Shown one piece after another: positions 63,074 to 64,000 of a DNA stretch of 64,000 nt. The notes under the pieces are model-generated. The model saw nothing but the letters and a program-made list of their open reading frames with translations. It did no database searches and was not told the DNA's origin. The position numbers and the translations under genes are program-made. This DNA is from Candidatus Daviesbacteria bacterium (GTDB taxonomy: Bacteria > Patescibacteriota > Microgenomatia > Daviesbacterales > UBA10151): positions 279,927 through 343,926 of the forward strand of contig JACPDA010000004.1 in the NCBI GenBank assembly GCA_016184225.1. The letters are read 5' to 3'. Every line of letters starts with the position of its first letter. The first letter of the stretch is position 1.

Positions 63074-64000
63074 CTAATAATTCAAGGTCCCAGATTGGAA
63101 AGCTTGGGATGTAAACTGCCTGCTGTCCAAAATCCCCGAGCTTTGAGTAACTACAGGCAGGGTAAATAAGAACTTGCTGCCCTTTCCTGGTTCTGACTCA
63201 ACCCAGATTTTACCATGGAGTTTTTCAATAATTGATTTGGAAATATATAAGCCTAAGCCGGTTCCTTTATTGGCTTTTTGCTCAGTATTAGAAACCCTAA
63301 AGAATTTATTAAACAGGTGAGGAATTGCCTCCTTGGGTATGCCGATGCCGGTGTCAGAAACTACGGTTTCAACCTCTACAGGAGAAACTTTTACTGCAAT
63401 TTCAACTTTCCCGCCCGGATTTGTATAATTGATGGCATTGGCCACCAGATTGGTAACAACTTCACTTAACCGGATTGGGTCGGCCAGGACTTTAGGTAGG
63501 GTTTGTGCCGGATGACTTAAGTTTAAAACAATACTTTTTTGAGTAGCCAGGCTTCTTAAGTCATCCACTACTTTAGCAAGTATAGCGAGATGATCAGTTG
63601 GCTCCGGTGAAACCGACAACTGCTCTCTTTCTATTTTATTAACATTTAATAGATTGGTAATTAGTGTCTGAAGTTGTTTGGCAGCTGTAAACGCTTTATT
63701 TAAAAGGTTGAAACTCTCTTTTGAAATGTTCTTTTGGTTTTCCTCCAGGAATACGGATAAATAACCCACAATACTGGTAAGCGGGGTTTTTAACTCATGG
63801 GATGCCATAGAAACAAAATCCAACTTCATTTGTTCCAGCTCCTCCTCCCTGGATAAATCATGCAGGATAATGATGCAACTAAGATTAGTTTGTACAGTCG
63901 TACTGACTTGGGTAGTTATGGTTTTGACTTTAGTTTGTTTGCCCATCTTTCCGATCAGTTTTGCGGTTTGGTTAAAATTTTCCCGGCAATAGGTTTTGGA
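63074..64000 (-). CDS. sensor histidine kinase (HisKA + HATPase_c); N-terminus runs off window end
   Basis: H-box MASHELKTPLTSIVGYL, N/G1/G2 boxes (…VTNLVANAINYT…GTGLGLYISK…). Frame stays open to position 64000. Confidence 0.85.
   Translation of the reverse strand, partial: SKTYCRENFNQTAKLIGKMGKQTKVKTITTQVSTTVQTNLSCIIILHDLSREEELEQMKLDFVSMASHELKTPLTSIVGYLSVFLEENQKNISKESFNLLNKAFTAAKQLQTLITNLLNVNKIEREQLSVSPEPTDHLAILAKVVDDLRSLATQKSIVLNLSHPAQTLPKVLADPIRLSEVVTNLVANAINYTNPGGKVEIAVKVSPVEVETVVSDTGIGIPKEAIPHLFNKFFRVSNTEQKANKGTGLGLYISKSIIEKLHGKIWVESEPGKGSKFLFTLPVVTQSSGILDSRQFTSQAFQSGTLNY

Noticed and set aside
1-64000. CRISPR arrays, transposases, integrases, prophage genes
   Set aside because: A repeat scan by eye found only the short tandem 7-8-mers, the hairpin family and the GGTACC-N24-GGTACC pair. 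No regularly spaced direct repeats or mobile-element ORFs were seen.

Overview
This 64 kb window is a gene-dense, low-GC (~35-40%) bacterial chromosomal segment, mostly housekeeping genes. The envelope looks Gram-positive-like: an LPXTG sorting signal, VKOR/DsbA instead of DsbB, an L,D-transpeptidase and two S11 D,D-carboxypeptidases. Protein contents and the many short overlapping operons suggest an uncultivated lineage, possibly Patescibacteria/CPR-like, but I cannot fix the taxonomy from sequence alone. Stops TAA, TAG and TGA are all used, so code 11.

Main contents, 5' to 3':
- AI-2E permease (partial, runs off the 5' edge)
- RNase P RNA
- PLP enzyme, ComM/YifB
- a 46-aa zinc-ribbon gene missed by the ORF track
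- DUF4446 and DUF3048 proteins
- secD, two unknown genes, then secF, all translationally coupled
- CCA-adding enzyme, RecJ, an AlaX-like editing protein
- a higher-GC patch: tyrS, a SAM methyltransferase, a MetE-like protein and a DAHP synthase behind an attenuator-like leader
- AspRS, GluRS, tRNA-Gln
- a riboflavin operon (ribE-H-A-D) behind an FMN riboswitch
- a pentose-phosphate cluster (rpiB, rpe, split transketolase), VKOR/DsbA
- a copper/mercury resistance island: CsoR with its operator, DUF1573, a Cys-rich secreted protein, two DsbD/CcdA-like membrane proteins, two cupredoxin-like domains, CopA, an ArsR-type regulator with its operator, a MerA homologue preceded by an in-frame 6-codon CPSC mini-ORF, and CopZ
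- PfkB kinase, FAD-linked oxidase, TrxB-like protein
- a PaaX-family regulator exactly bracketed by two copies of a 36-bp GGTACC-N24-GGTACC element, next to a 982-aa surface lipase
- cyclophilin, class II RNR (NrdJ) next to a cob(I)alamin adenosyltransferase
- Lon, H+-pyrophosphatase, TyrA-like protein
- a response regulator and a histidine kinase that runs off the 3' edge

Recurring sequence-level signals:
- a dispersed hairpin repeat family (GTCAT-stem-GAGCGAAGCGA-stem-ATC) whose stem covaries across four copies
- extended -10 promoters (TGnTAYAMT) sitting 6-11 nt upstream of start codons, implying leaderless transcripts
- short tandem 7-8-mer repeats, two of them inside coding sequences

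No CRISPR array, transposase or integrase was seen. All homology calls are from motif recognition by eye, and hand-counted coordinates may be off by 1-2 nt.
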